Assembly: GCA_002189035.1 (NCBI GenBank)
Contig: NEEC01000171.1
Coordinates: forward strand, 1 to 29,727
Length of the DNA stretch: 29,727 bases
Source: Utricularia gibba
Lineage: Eukaryota > Plantae > Magnoliophyta
Direction of reading: 5' to 3'
Part shown: one piece after another, positions 10,896-22,692 of the stretch
How the letters are laid out: every line of letters begins with the position of its first letter
Numbering within the stretch: the stretch's first letter is position 1
The notes under the pieces: model-generated
Told to the model about the DNA's origin: nothing
Database searches by the model: none
Seen by the model: only the letters and a program-made list of their open reading frames with translations
Translations under genes and position numbers: made by a program

Positions 10896-13372
10896 ATGGG
10901 TTTCTTGGCGGCATCCATTGGTTTTCTTCTTGTGAATATCGCCTATCGAATTCTCGCTGAGAATTCCATTCCCACAACCCTTGATGGACCCTTTGAGCCG
11001 GTAACTGTTCCGCTGGATGATATTTGCAAGGGCATTGCCATAGATTTGCCTGATACTGATCCTAGAGTGCAACGACATGTCACTGGATTTATGCCTGAGC
11101 AAATCTCTGTATCTCTTTCTTCAACTTATGATTCAGTCTGGATTTCCTGGATCACTGGTATGCATGGATATCTGATGCCTTTTTTCCTGCAGGTCTTGTT
11201 CATCATGTGCTGCTGTTTGGTGATTAGAATTAAGTGTCCATATGAATTTTATCTAGTTATCGCAGAGTTTGTTCTCAGCTTGTCAGATATCAGAATCTTT
11301 GAGGGCACCAGTCCCACCATCGATAATTCTATCACATATGTTTGCCCTTTTTCGATGCTATTTGAATGTCATGCTTATACTTGTTATGGTACTATCGTTT
11401 TCAGGAGATTTTCAAATTGGGGAGAACATTAAACCATTAGAGCCAACAAGGGTAGCAAGTTTTGTTACCTATGGGAGGCTGAGATTTCCTATGAATCACC
11501 AAGCTACTGGAGAATCCCTTGTCTACAGTCAGCTGTATCCTTTCCCGGGCTTGCTGAACTACACTTCTGGAATTATTCATCATGTCCGCTTAAAGGGCAT
11601 GCCTCTTTCTCCTCCATTCTTCTGTTTTCCTTTTGGATGTCTTGATGAAAAATTGTGAGCCGGCAAGTCTGAGGTTCCCTATGTTTGCCTCCTTTGTAGG
11701 ATTAAAGCCCAATACGGTTTACTACTACAGATGTGGTGATCCGTCAATACCAGCCATGAGCAGCATACATCGTTTCAAGACGATGCCAGCTTCAACTCCA
11801 AAATCCTACCCAAGAAGAATAGCTTTTGTTGGTGACCTTGGTCTCACTTACAACACCACATCAACTATACATCACGTCACAAAAAATGAGCCTGAGTTAC
11901 TTCTGGTGTTGGGAGATGTATCCTATGCAAATTTATATCTTACAAATGGTACTGGTTCAGACTGCTACTCCTGCTCTTTCCCAGCCACCCCTATTCATGA
12001 AAGCTATCAGCCCCGCTGGGATTACTGGGGAAGGTAGTAATCTTGAGCCTTTTTCTCTCCCTTAATTGCTCTTTTCATGGAATCTCGTTTTTTGGAGGAT
12101 GTTTCATTGCATTGGTTCACAAAAAAAATATTTATTGCATTCAGTATCTTGCACAGCAAACCATTTGTTAACCAGGATTCTCAGATTTATGCAGCCACTG
12201 ATATCCAGGACTCCAATAATGATGGTGCAAGGCAACCATGAAATAGAAGAACAAGCTGAAGGCAAAACTTTTGTGTCCTATAACTCCCGATTTTCATTCC
12301 CATCCCGAGAAAGTGGATCTTCCTCTCCATCATATTATTCATTCGATGCAGGGGGGATACACTTTATTGTTCTGGGTAGTTACACTCCATACAACAAATC
12401 TGGTAAGCTAGTTGATGCCTAGAAGTTTGCATACTGAACGCTGAGATTACTTAAAATTTGACTGTTCCATTTCAGATGATCAATACAAGTGGTTGGAAAA
12501 AGATTTGCGTGGTGTTAGTAGAGATGTAACTCCATGGCTGATAGCTGCTTGGCATCCTCCCTGGTACTCCACCTTCGAGGCACACTACAGGGAAGCTGAA
12601 TGTATGAGGGTGTCTATGGAAGATATTCTTTACAAAAATGGCGTTGACATAGTCTTCAATGGACATGTAACTCCATTTCTGGCAGAGCCTCTCTTTTGAC
12701 TCCTCCAATCAAAATGAATTAGTAGTTGACTGATGCTCTATTCCAAATGCTTGATCACATGACTTATGTTTGCAAAAATGTTCAGGTTCATGCATATGAA
12801 AGGTCAAATCGAGTGTACAACTACACTCTGGATCCATGCGGCCCAGTCTACATAACAGTTGGTGATGGTGGAAACAGAGAGAAGATGGCAATTTCACATG
12901 CTGATGATCCAGGCCACTGCCCTGATCCATCCACCACTCCTGATGATTTCATGGGTGGCTTCTGCGCCTACAATTTCACCTCTGGCCCTTTCATGGGTAG
13001 CTTCTGTTGGGAGCAGCAACCTGAATACAGCGCCTACAGGGAAACTAGCTTTGGCCATGGGATCCTCCAGGTATACTACTTGTATTTCTTGGTGTGGAAC
13101 TAACTCTCTATTACAGCAGATGAATGAATACTTGTGCATAGTTTCTCTGTATCCTGCCCATTTCTATTCATGTCAGTCTTAAAGTGTGAGCTCGTGCGTA
13201 GGTGAAGAACGAGACACACGCTCTGTGGACATGGCATCGGAACCAGGACATGTATAACACAGCCGGAGATCAGATTTACATCGTAAGGCAGCCGGAAAAA
13301 TGCTTAAGACAAACGACAGGTATATCTGAAGCAGGTGGCACAGGAATAAAGTCTGCATCTTTGAGTTCTTAG
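10896..13372 (+). CDS. PAP15: Purple acid phosphatase, PAP15/phytase (PAPhy) clade, 550 aa; exons 10896-11157, 11405-11596, 11700-12033, 12185-12402, 12476-12666, 12786-13070, 13202-13372
   Basis: All five metal-ligand blocks present (GDLG, GDVSY, GNHE, AAWH, GHVH) plus PEQISVSLS, YQPRWDYWGR and GDGGNREK. Exon lengths sum to 1653 nt with consistent phases; intron 2 requires a GC donor. Confidence 0.95.
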
Positions 13373-13734
13373 TGGGAGACTTGTGTCTGTATTATATACT
13401 AAACCCTGCTTCAAAGAACACTTCTCGCTTATTCAAGCGTACTTCACCTCAACAGAGAACAGGTTCATGAACAAGAATGAACTCACAGACAATAACCACT
13501 TTCATATTTCAAAGGAAGTAACAGGAAGAACGTTAGGAGATGTTCACAAAACCAGAGAACTGAAACAAGCAAGAATTGAATTCTATAACAACACAATGTG
13601 ACGACCATTTACCCAGAATGGAAGTTCTTCAAAAGTTGGGGGACATAAACTTAGCTGGTTATTTAAATACAAATGGCTGAAGTTGAGTGCGATTCAAAAT
13701 CAGATATATGGAAATGGAAAATGGCATGCACTGA

Positions 13735-16700
13735 TCAAAGGATGGAGCCATCGTTCACCTGGGTTTGGAGGCGTAGCCTCTTGGGATCTTTCTCTTCCTC
13801 TTGATGGTTTGAGGAGATTCTAGTTTCTTTAGCCTCCATTGAGCATCTTTTGTATGGCTTGAATCCGGTTCGGCATGTCTTCAGTTTATCTTGGCCTAGT
13901 CCCTGACAGAAGAGTCCCTCTCCCTTGTTTCCGTTGATGAGAGAACTCTTTCCCATCTCTAGCTTTTCCCCATGTTTTAACAATAATTCTCCCCCTTCTT
14001 CAGGCTGACTAGACTGTTTCCTGGCTTTATTCTTTAATTCATGAGAAGTAGAAAAACTTTGAGGCAGCACTTCTCTGGAGAACAGAGCCTGAAATGCTAG
14101 TCGTCCCTGCAACCATCTTATATTAACGAAAACAAAAACAAAAAAGAAAAAAAAAACAGTAGAGTCTACGATAAAGAAAAGATGGAAGCTGAAGGAGCAA
14201 GTGCGAGTACCTCCTCTGATACTTCTTTCCATGATTCAGCTACACTACTGCTGCTTCTAGAGCGACGACTAAAGAGATCAGCAATCTGAGGAGCTGCATC
14301 AGGTGCTTTAGCATCTTCGTTTTTTGTGATGGGATTTTCCTCCTTCCCCTTGGCAAGCTTATCTGTAGTATCAGGTTCAGCATCACTGCCTGACGTCGTG
14401 TTTGATCCACATGAGGAGCGGTCTAGCTGTTTCTTGTTCTTTGACGCGTTTGAGTCATGCAGCACGACTCCATTCTCAACCTCTGGAGATGCAGTGGCGC
14501 TCAATCCGCCATTTGCCTTTCCAGCCTCACTTGCCTCACTGTCTGATGATGAAGAGGTTCGTGCATTTGAATTCTGATCCTCTGTGAACTCCATATCCGG
14601 TTGATGATTTTCTATGGCAGGCTCATGCCTATTGTCTTTAGTTTCTCCATCTATGTTTCCACTTTGGCAACAAACAATTTCGGCTGCAGAAGCTGATCCA
14701 GGAGAACACATGAATCCTGGATCCTGGCATACAGGAAGAAGGCCATTGGCTGTCCACCAAGCAGTTGCAGCTGCGACTGTAGCTGCAGCAATTGCTTCTA
14801 TATTCGAAGTTGAACTCATTGGCGGCGACTGAGAAAACCCAGATAAATTTATGGCCGGATCAACTGGAGCTCCCGTGTTGAACCATGGCCATAAAGTTGA
14901 CGCAAAGCTAGCTGCAGCATACACTGTTGCATTTTGAGACAAAGAAGACATTATGAGACTCGAAAATGAGGACTGCATTTGCAAAAACGCCTGGTAGTCA
15001 TCCGAGTTCTGCATTGGAGTGAAGAAGTGATGACAATTGAAAAATGGATATATGGATGGTCTTGGTGCATTACTATGAGATTCAGTAGCAGATGCAACTG
15101 GATTCATAGAAAAATTTTGACCACCATGAAGTCCAGCGCCTTGATTGAGCATCGATTGCATAAATGGCATATCTGTAGGAAAATGTTGTGCACTTGTTCC
15201 TAAGCTCCCAGCAAGAATGTGAACAGGAACATGGCGAGGGTAGTCCTGAGAAGATTTCTCATCAGTGATTGACGTCTGACAACAACTTCCGGGCTGCTGC
15301 AGCTCACCATTGACAGCATCCATACTAGATGAACTTTTCAAAGCATTTTCATGGAACAGCTGTTTTTCATCAGAAAGTTCTGCATCATTTCCCACAGGAT
15401 CGGCAGTGACTAGTGATGCTGCTGCACTTTCATCCTGATTACTTGAGTCATCCATGACTAGGTTAAACTGCCTAAAAGTACAAGATGTCAGAGGAGCCTC
15501 AGATGCAAAAGAACCGTTATCTGCTGATGCTGGGGATGCACAAGGACCATCAAAGCAAGTATACTTTTCAGAGCACTCTTTGTTGCTCCGATTATTTCCA
15601 TGGCCATTGAATTTCTGGTAAAGAACAATGCATCGTGAGGGAAATACTGGACAAAGAAACAGCACTAGAGAAATGGCAGATAAAATACCATCCACAAACA
15701 CATTCAATGAAAAAAAAAACAGAAACAAGAAATGACTCACCAAAATTGATGTACCAGAAGTGTCGACATACCTCAGGATCGTTTTCAAAGGTCGCCATAT
15801 TTTCCTGCAGCAAAGTGGAAGTGGCATCTGATGCATTTCCATCCTTCAATCCCAGCTGCAACGCAGGAGCTATGCAAGTTTTTCGGGGATAAGGATTATT
15901 AGGTTTCCTTTTAGGACGTGGTGGGGGTATCTCAATATCACGAGCATTCCCTACTCCATTAACAGTGGCCTCCTTTTCCAACTGAATGATAAGCATACAA
16001 CCAGAAGGAAATTAGATAATATACATGCAGACAACCTAGAGGGAAATAAGAACAGGTGCTCCTTTCATGGTACACATTCAAGGTTCCAGACGATGATACT
16101 GTAGACACATGCATGCACTGATCGAGGTTTGAATTTCAAAACTCAAGACATTGGAAACGATAAATAAAGCAGCATGCAATCTCAGATGACAGCAAAAGAT
16201 TCTAAATGTGTAAGGGATCCAGTATCAAGAAGATTCTATATAACATGATTAATATGAGTAGACTTCAGCGCAAAGCAAGACAGGATTTGAAAAGAGATAG
16301 GATGCAGTAATCTAAAGCAGTGAAAGTTGTTCCAGGCATCACGTTATCTCTTTCAGTGATACCGACCCATGAGTTATCAACAATTCTCTGCAAGCCAACC
16401 TTCTCATATTAAATTTTACACGTGAATGGGCAAGTGAATGCACTAATGAGGAAACGGTCAACCCTCACGAGGACGAGAAAAAAATCCGTCTCAAGTTCAC
16501 CAAAACTAGTGTGGCTTAAAGGGAAACAGAAAAAAAAAAGCTGAAGTCACTTGTTTTACAGCTACAACCCCTATTATGGAACTGCTTTTGTATTTCCTTG
16601 CAAAGAATCTGATGAAGAAGGGGAAAAGACTGAACTTCATTAACAAGGCAACAAAAGAAACTGATTGGTGAACCTTCGTGAAAAATTTCTGTGCGTGACT

Positions 16701-17116
16701 TCTGATTTGAACCGCAGTCTTTGTTCCTATATGTTCTGCACCATTACCAAGTATAATTGGAATGAAAAGTGGCTCTATCACATGCCAAAATAAGGATTCC
16801 AGGGCACACAGTTCCCGATGCAAAATACAGCATGAGCATCGAAAAAAGGTCAGCATCTGTAATCAATGAGAATAAATGGAAGAGTGAAAACCTTCTATGC
16901 GCTGCCAAGCACGGCCATAAAGCTTGAGGGCCTCCAAAAACTTTGTATGCTCCTCTTCAGTCCATCTCTCACGCTGCTTTGTTATTGTGTACGGCTTCCT
17001 TGCCTGCCACCAGAGAATGAAGCTTCGTGTTAAAAAAGAGCGAAAAATCTAACTAGAACAAGCACTTTAATTGGGACCTTAATCGCAAGGTCTTCTACTG
17101 ACAAATCAGGATTCAT
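13735..17116 (-). CDS. LHY: LHY/CCA1-family single-MYB clock factor, 732 aa, intact; exons 17116-17078, 17003-16892, 16735-16674, 15981-15772, 15614-14211, 14106-13735
   Basis: [38 protein letters not shown]|[24 protein letters not shown]; [12 protein letters not shown]; [13 protein letters not shown]; SWKEVSEE|[19 protein letters not shown]; [16 protein letters not shown]. All introns are GT-AG and the exons total 2199 nt. Confidence 0.97.
17043..17050 (+). promoter_or_regulatory. CCA1-binding-site match AAAAATCT in the first coding intron of LHY
   Basis: Exact 8-mer match; an AT-rich motif that can occur by chance. Confidence 0.3.
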
Positions 17117-19974
17117 CTAAAATGAGACAAGGGCATGCGTCATATCCTGGGACCAGCTTGCCTCATTAACTGGCAAAAAATACCCAATCCAGCTTCCTTC
17201 TTGCAGTGTGTTCATGGAAGGCGACCTGGCAAATCAGTAAGTACTGCAAAAGAGAAAATCTAGTAACAAGAAGATTTTAGAAAATCATCGCCTCTTCCAA
17301 TCGTCAAAACTCATAACCCGTTTGAATAAACTAAATAGAAAGCATATACCATTTCTACATCAATCTAGGCCCCAAAAAACTTAAAAAGTGGAAGCAGAGA
17401 AACGCGTATCTTGATCCAAAACCGAGTAGAAGTATGAAAGTATTAGAAAATAAGAAGCTATCAGCTTCCTGAATCCTTACCAAATGCACCGAAATCTGCT
17501 TTATCCTTCACGTCCAACGGAAAACGGCAGAGAATCAAAACAAAATACCAAATACAACCCGAAAGCATTAGTACGAATCAGGAAGATACTGAAACAAGGC
17601 TGCAGCCATTAGAATCGCTTGGAAAACGATGAATAGTTCACAGAAAGTACCATTGAAGCCATCCATGCCCAGCCTTCGAATTTCAGCGAATCCTTGAAAA
17701 ACAAACTGCAATCACCTGCAGATCGAAACCTCCGCATCAAGAACTACTAGAACAAGCGAAACTGAGACATTAGAGAAGACTAGCGGCTGGCGCGAATCGA
17801 ATCTGCAGAAGTGGAACAAAGAGCGAAAGCGTAGAACTTTGCGGTTTTCATTTTTTCTTTTTATTCGGAAAAATCCTGAGCCACAAACAACAACGAGTCG
17901 AATTAAATTTCTAACCAAAAAAAGAAAAAAATACGCCATTTATTTGAGGCCAGCGACGCCCAAGGCATGGGCGATTGGGTTTCAGTCCCTGAGATGCTGC
18001 CAGGTGGCGAGAAACTAGTAGCTCTCATCCTCAACCACTCGCCGTGGGCCCTCCCTGCACTTTTTCTATTTTGGGTTTTTACTTTTCTCTTTAAAAAAAA
18101 TACATACCTTCTATTTTCCTTCCCCCGTGTGAAATACCGATCACCCCCATCACATAGAGAAATACAAGAGTAGGGCTCGGGACCAATCAGTCAATGCTTC
18201 CAATTTTCAGATTTTTGAATTAAAATGAATATCGATTTATCTTTTAAAAAATAAATAATTAATCTAATTGAAATACACCAAGTTTTTTACTCTCTTCGGC
18301 TATAACTCAAATAAATTATACCCAATAAACAAACAAAAATTATCTTTTAAACCAATGAAATGTGTTTATTTAAATACAAATAAACTAAAATCATGTTAAA
18401 CTCAAATTCGCTTACCAAACACCGCATGAAAGTTTTGAAAGCGTGAAGAAAACAGAACGTGAAGTCTGCACCTTTTGAAAGTTTAAACAATATTCAATTT
18501 TCTATGAGAGGGAGGAAGTGTGAGATAGAAATGGGAGACGTGAGCGTATCCGACACGGTTTGCATCAATAATAAGTCAGGTGTTAAGGGAAGAGTCAATG
18601 GAACTACAGTGTGTTTGAAGCAGCTGAATGGGTTTAGAGACCTGCGCATCTGGTTTCATGTGGGTTCTTTCTGGCGTGTACGAATGAGAATTCCAATATA
18701 TTGCATTCCCTCACACGCAACACAGGCCAGGAGTAGAAGTGAAATGGGAGGATGGGACTGCTACTGAATCTTCAAACTCTAATCAGTTCATCATCAGAGA
18801 TTCATGATTGGCACCTCCAGAAAGGTCTCGCTGTGATCTGCTTTCTTCTGCAAACTGCGGCTGGGTTGGGGTTCAAGTTCAAGACTTCTTCTTGATCATC
18901 GTTATTGGTTTAGAAACAGCAACATTAACTGTATGTAAACTTGCAATAACGTTGAATCCCCTACTTACCCATTAGCAGAGCGCTGTGGCAGGCAGCAGTG
19001 ATGCCCAGAAAAATTATTTACTGTGCAAACTTAAATGACGCGCACCTGCATTGCATCTGGCTCATTAAATTTCCAACAATGACAAATGCCTGGCTCCCTC
19101 TGATGTTTAATGGCCAACCCCTATGCCCATTCTATGCTTTTCCCGATAAAAGAATCTCTTCTTTTTTTTCTCCTTTTGAAAACTAGGGCCTCTCGCTAAG
19201 TTGCACAGGAGCTCGAGAGTTAGCCTTAAGGTTCTGACCAACTTCCCATCAATGAATTCTGTTGGCATCCGACAAGACTTCTTTCCATTCTACCCAACAG
19301 TTCCACAGCTGCTGCTGCTTCCCATATTTCATCAATGACGAGTTACACAGACAACTTCAAATGGAAGCACATTGTCATGATTATACAGCGACCCTGACCC
19401 TTCTTTGTTTGTTTGTTGGCCGAGGTTGCGGTTTCTCAGGAGTGATTTCTGTGTGGAGAAGGTTTGGAGCACTGGTTACTTTAGAAAATAAAGGGAAGTG
19501 CTCCCATTTTTTAGCATATGACGAAGGAGAATCATCTTATTTCGAACCCCTGTGAAGAAGTATCATTCTCGAAAAATCTAGAACGGCATATTTTGGAGGA
19601 GAAGGTGCAGATTGGAAATGCCAGGCATTTGAAACTTGTAAAACAAGCTCGTGTTACTAGGGTTTTATATTGGTAGCAGAGGTGAATGGTTTGATGCTAA
19701 CCAAAACTTGGACTGTACTTTGTTAATCCGTACATGAACGTTTAACTTCAAACAAGGAAGAATGAACAAGAAGATACTGGGTTAGGGTATTACACGACTA
19801 CTGGGGAAGAAGAACATCACAACCTAAAAACAGAAAGAAGCAAGCTGGATCTGAAAGACGAAAACTGAGTAGAAATCATGGATATAGAAATGAAAATCAA
19901 GAAAAAAAAAATGAAAACTTTGCCATGATAAAGCGATGATTACCGTTCTTACAGGGCTTGTGCAACACTGGAGC

Positions 19975-20065
19975 TAGAATTTGGGGGGAATGAAGCCTGG
20001 TCCGAAGACAGATCTGCTCAAGAAGCACAAGATCCTCGAGCCAGACAACATTCCCCTCTAAAACA
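19975..20065 (-). ncRNA. MIR166: MIR166 precursor hairpin; mature miR166 at 20005-19985, miR166* at 20054-20034
   Basis: Reverse complement of 19985-20005 is UCGGACCAGGCUUCAUUCCCC (canonical miR166); 20034-20054 gives GGAAUGUUGUCUGGCUCGAGG (canonical star) on the 5' arm. Confidence 0.97.
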
Positions 20066-21525
20066 CAAGCTCCTTCCCAAAAAACTCAAGCCCCTCGTCT
20101 CGAGGGGAAGAGGAGAACTGATGAATGAACACAAGAAACTGAAACCCGAACCGAGGCTTACATTATAAAGACGAGAATCGGTGCAAAAAGACAAGACCCA
20201 GAAAAAAATAATAAATATAGTTTCATTTACTGCTCCATCCATCAACAGCAATGATGCATGTTGGCATTTAATTCAGTTACTGAGAGGGGGAAAAGAAAGT
20301 TGTGGAAATTGAAGATGAGGAAGGCGAAAAGCTTGGGGAAGGCAATCCATACCAGAATGATTGATTGGTTGTTGGAGTGATGAGTGGATAATGATAAGAA
20401 AGATGCGATTTAAATCAAAGGGACCAGTCGCCGGTCAGAGGGATGGTTGATTCCTATCAACTGCTTTCTCTTTCATGATTTAATGTAATAAGACATTTTC
20501 CGTAATGATGTATCTCTATTTGTCTCGTATTCCATGAAGTTAGCCGTAGGTAGAAGAAGGTCGGATGAAAAATCATGACAGGGGAGATGGAAACGGACGT
20601 CAAGTTTCCAGCTTTGCTTAACCTTCGTGGAGTCGTGGCGGCCATTTGGGAACCTTCTGTGAGAAAGATGAATACCAGGATGTTATTTCTGAAACAACAT
20701 TTATACATGATTGAGTTTTTTAGGCCGTGAAGATTGCTGCTAAGAGGGCTGTAAATGGAGTCGGAATCGCCACTGATTTCTTCTTCAACCCTTGCCCGAA
20801 CTGGCTTACCAGATTAATCACCATCGGAGTTTCCCAAAATAGGACCTTTTGCGCTGCTGATGCCGAATGCCATTACTGCTCCTTTGTGATGTCCTGCAAC
20901 TGCGACCACCCACGTTCCCATTTCTTCTGGGTTGTTTTCTGTGTCCATAGATTTGTGATCCCTGTTTCCATTAGAAGATTCGCCATTGCTGTGACTCTGA
21001 GGGGTTTCCATTGGTATGTGAGTAGGCTGTTGCACCAGCACGTTTTTCTGCTCAGTTTCAGGCACCACATTGTTGCTGCTCGTTAGGCTTCCTGCTGGTA
21101 GATTGCGTTTTTTGGGGGTGGAGTAGATGAATATTGGGTTGGACGGCGGCGGCAGAGAGCATGTAGGAAGATGAAGTGGTGAACGGTGATATGGATGGAG
21201 TTCCGGGCGTCAGCGGCGGAGGTTAAATCGGAGACCTTGTAGGTGACCACGCCTTGTACTACTCCTAGGATACGGCGTTGCAATCACGGAGGGGCAGGCG
21301 CAACACTCTGTCAAAGCGGCACAGTTACCGAGGACATCCGCGGAGGAGCACATTCACCATTCGGCGGCGGCGCCTTATCAACCCACACTGCGGCGGCGCT
21401 GAATAAACGATTTTACAAGACTGAAATCACACCCCAACCCTACGTCCCAACGGCGACGCATGTCCCATTACGTGTCCCGATCCGCACTCGGCTCCACCGG
21501 ACACATCTGAAACGACCCGGAGGCG

Positions 21526-21545
21526 CACGTGATTGGATACACGTG
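21526..21545. promoter_or_regulatory. Paired G-boxes (CACGTG at 21526 and 21540) flanking a CCAAT box (ATTGG)
   Basis: Direct read: CACGTGATTGGATACACGTG. Confidence 0.45.
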
Positions 21546-22692
21546 CCCACTACAAACCGCGACCAAATAAATCATAATAAAATAATCATTTTTCAAATAT
21601 ATCTTATTTTTAAAAACTATTTCATGGGACGTAATCTATGTAATAAAAGTGGGGCGTCAATTGTAATAAAATAATTATTTCGCTTCCGATACGGTGCCGA
21701 CTCCTGCGACTCATTTAAAGCCACGCCCTGACACGTATACCCTACGAACAAATGCACTCCTCTCAAATAAGCTCCGCCCCCTGCCCCCTCATCATCGTCC
21801 AATCATCCTTTCACACAACTCCTCCGTCACCATCCATTTTTTTTCGGTGTCAATTAAAATAAAAAAAAAACATTTTTTAGATTTCCTTATTTAAAAAATA
21901 AAATCATTTATAATTAATTAGATTTAATCTTTTTAATATCATTCACATTTATTATGTATTTGAATTTCACCACAAATAATCCCGTTCGTTCGATCGAATC
22001 TTTAATTATAGGAAAAGCATATTCTATATCATGTTTTTCAATTATATTATGAACTCAAAGCTTCATTAAGTGAATTTCTTCAAACCTATGGATCATGATA
22101 AATGAAATAAAATAACGTAAAATCGTGAAGAATTGGATAATAGGGTACCTAGGGACATTGAATTGCCACGTTATTGGTGAGTGGATGCGTGAGGCGGACT
22201 CCGGGTCGCTGTTGGATGAACCGGAACCCATTCATTGCCAAAAGGAGCTCGTCATGCCCATGAGTTGGAAGGAGACTGGATTTCCACTTCCGATTCCTTC
22301 GCTTCTCCGACGGCCACCGGGATTCCTTTTTGGATTCTAATTTTATTTGTTATTATAAATTTAAATATTTTTTTTACGTGTAAGTGGGAGCTATTTTTTT
22401 AAAATAAAATAGTTATATTTCATGTTTAATATAATTTAATAATCAAAACATCAGGCGAAGTCATCATAATCAAGACGAGGGACCGGAAAAGAGCCGCTCC
22501 GGTTGGAAGCTAAACGGGGATATTCTGTTTAAGATGTGGGATATTAAAAAAAGAAAAAGAAAAAGAATGAAATGAAGAAGCTATAGTAGTAGTCTTCTTC
22601 CCTGGTTCTCTGTTCGAGCGCTAAACCCCGTCTCTGCTTCCTCTGCCACATCCTCACGGAGGAACGGAGAGAGAGAGGGGTTGGGATTTCTG

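Noticed and set aside
18790-18903. Loose resemblance to miR172* (CATCATCAGAGATTC) and miR172 (TCTTGATCATCG) arms
   Set aside because: Several mismatches, and the two segments do not pair convincingly.
19087-19099. TGCCTGGCTCCCT, identical to the first 13 nt of miR160
   Set aside because: The remaining 8 nt diverge (CTGATGTT vs GTATGCCA) and I found no complementary star arm nearby. Most likely chance, or at best an unrecognisable relic.
20066-20460. Possible second MIR166 hairpin (the family often forms tandem clusters)
   Set aside because: Only GAGGGG-like flank motifs are present; no second mature or star sequence was found.
22125-22340. 71-aa ORF in a GC island within AT-rich DNA
   Set aside because: GTG start, no recognisable motif, no splice signals linking it to a neighbouring gene.
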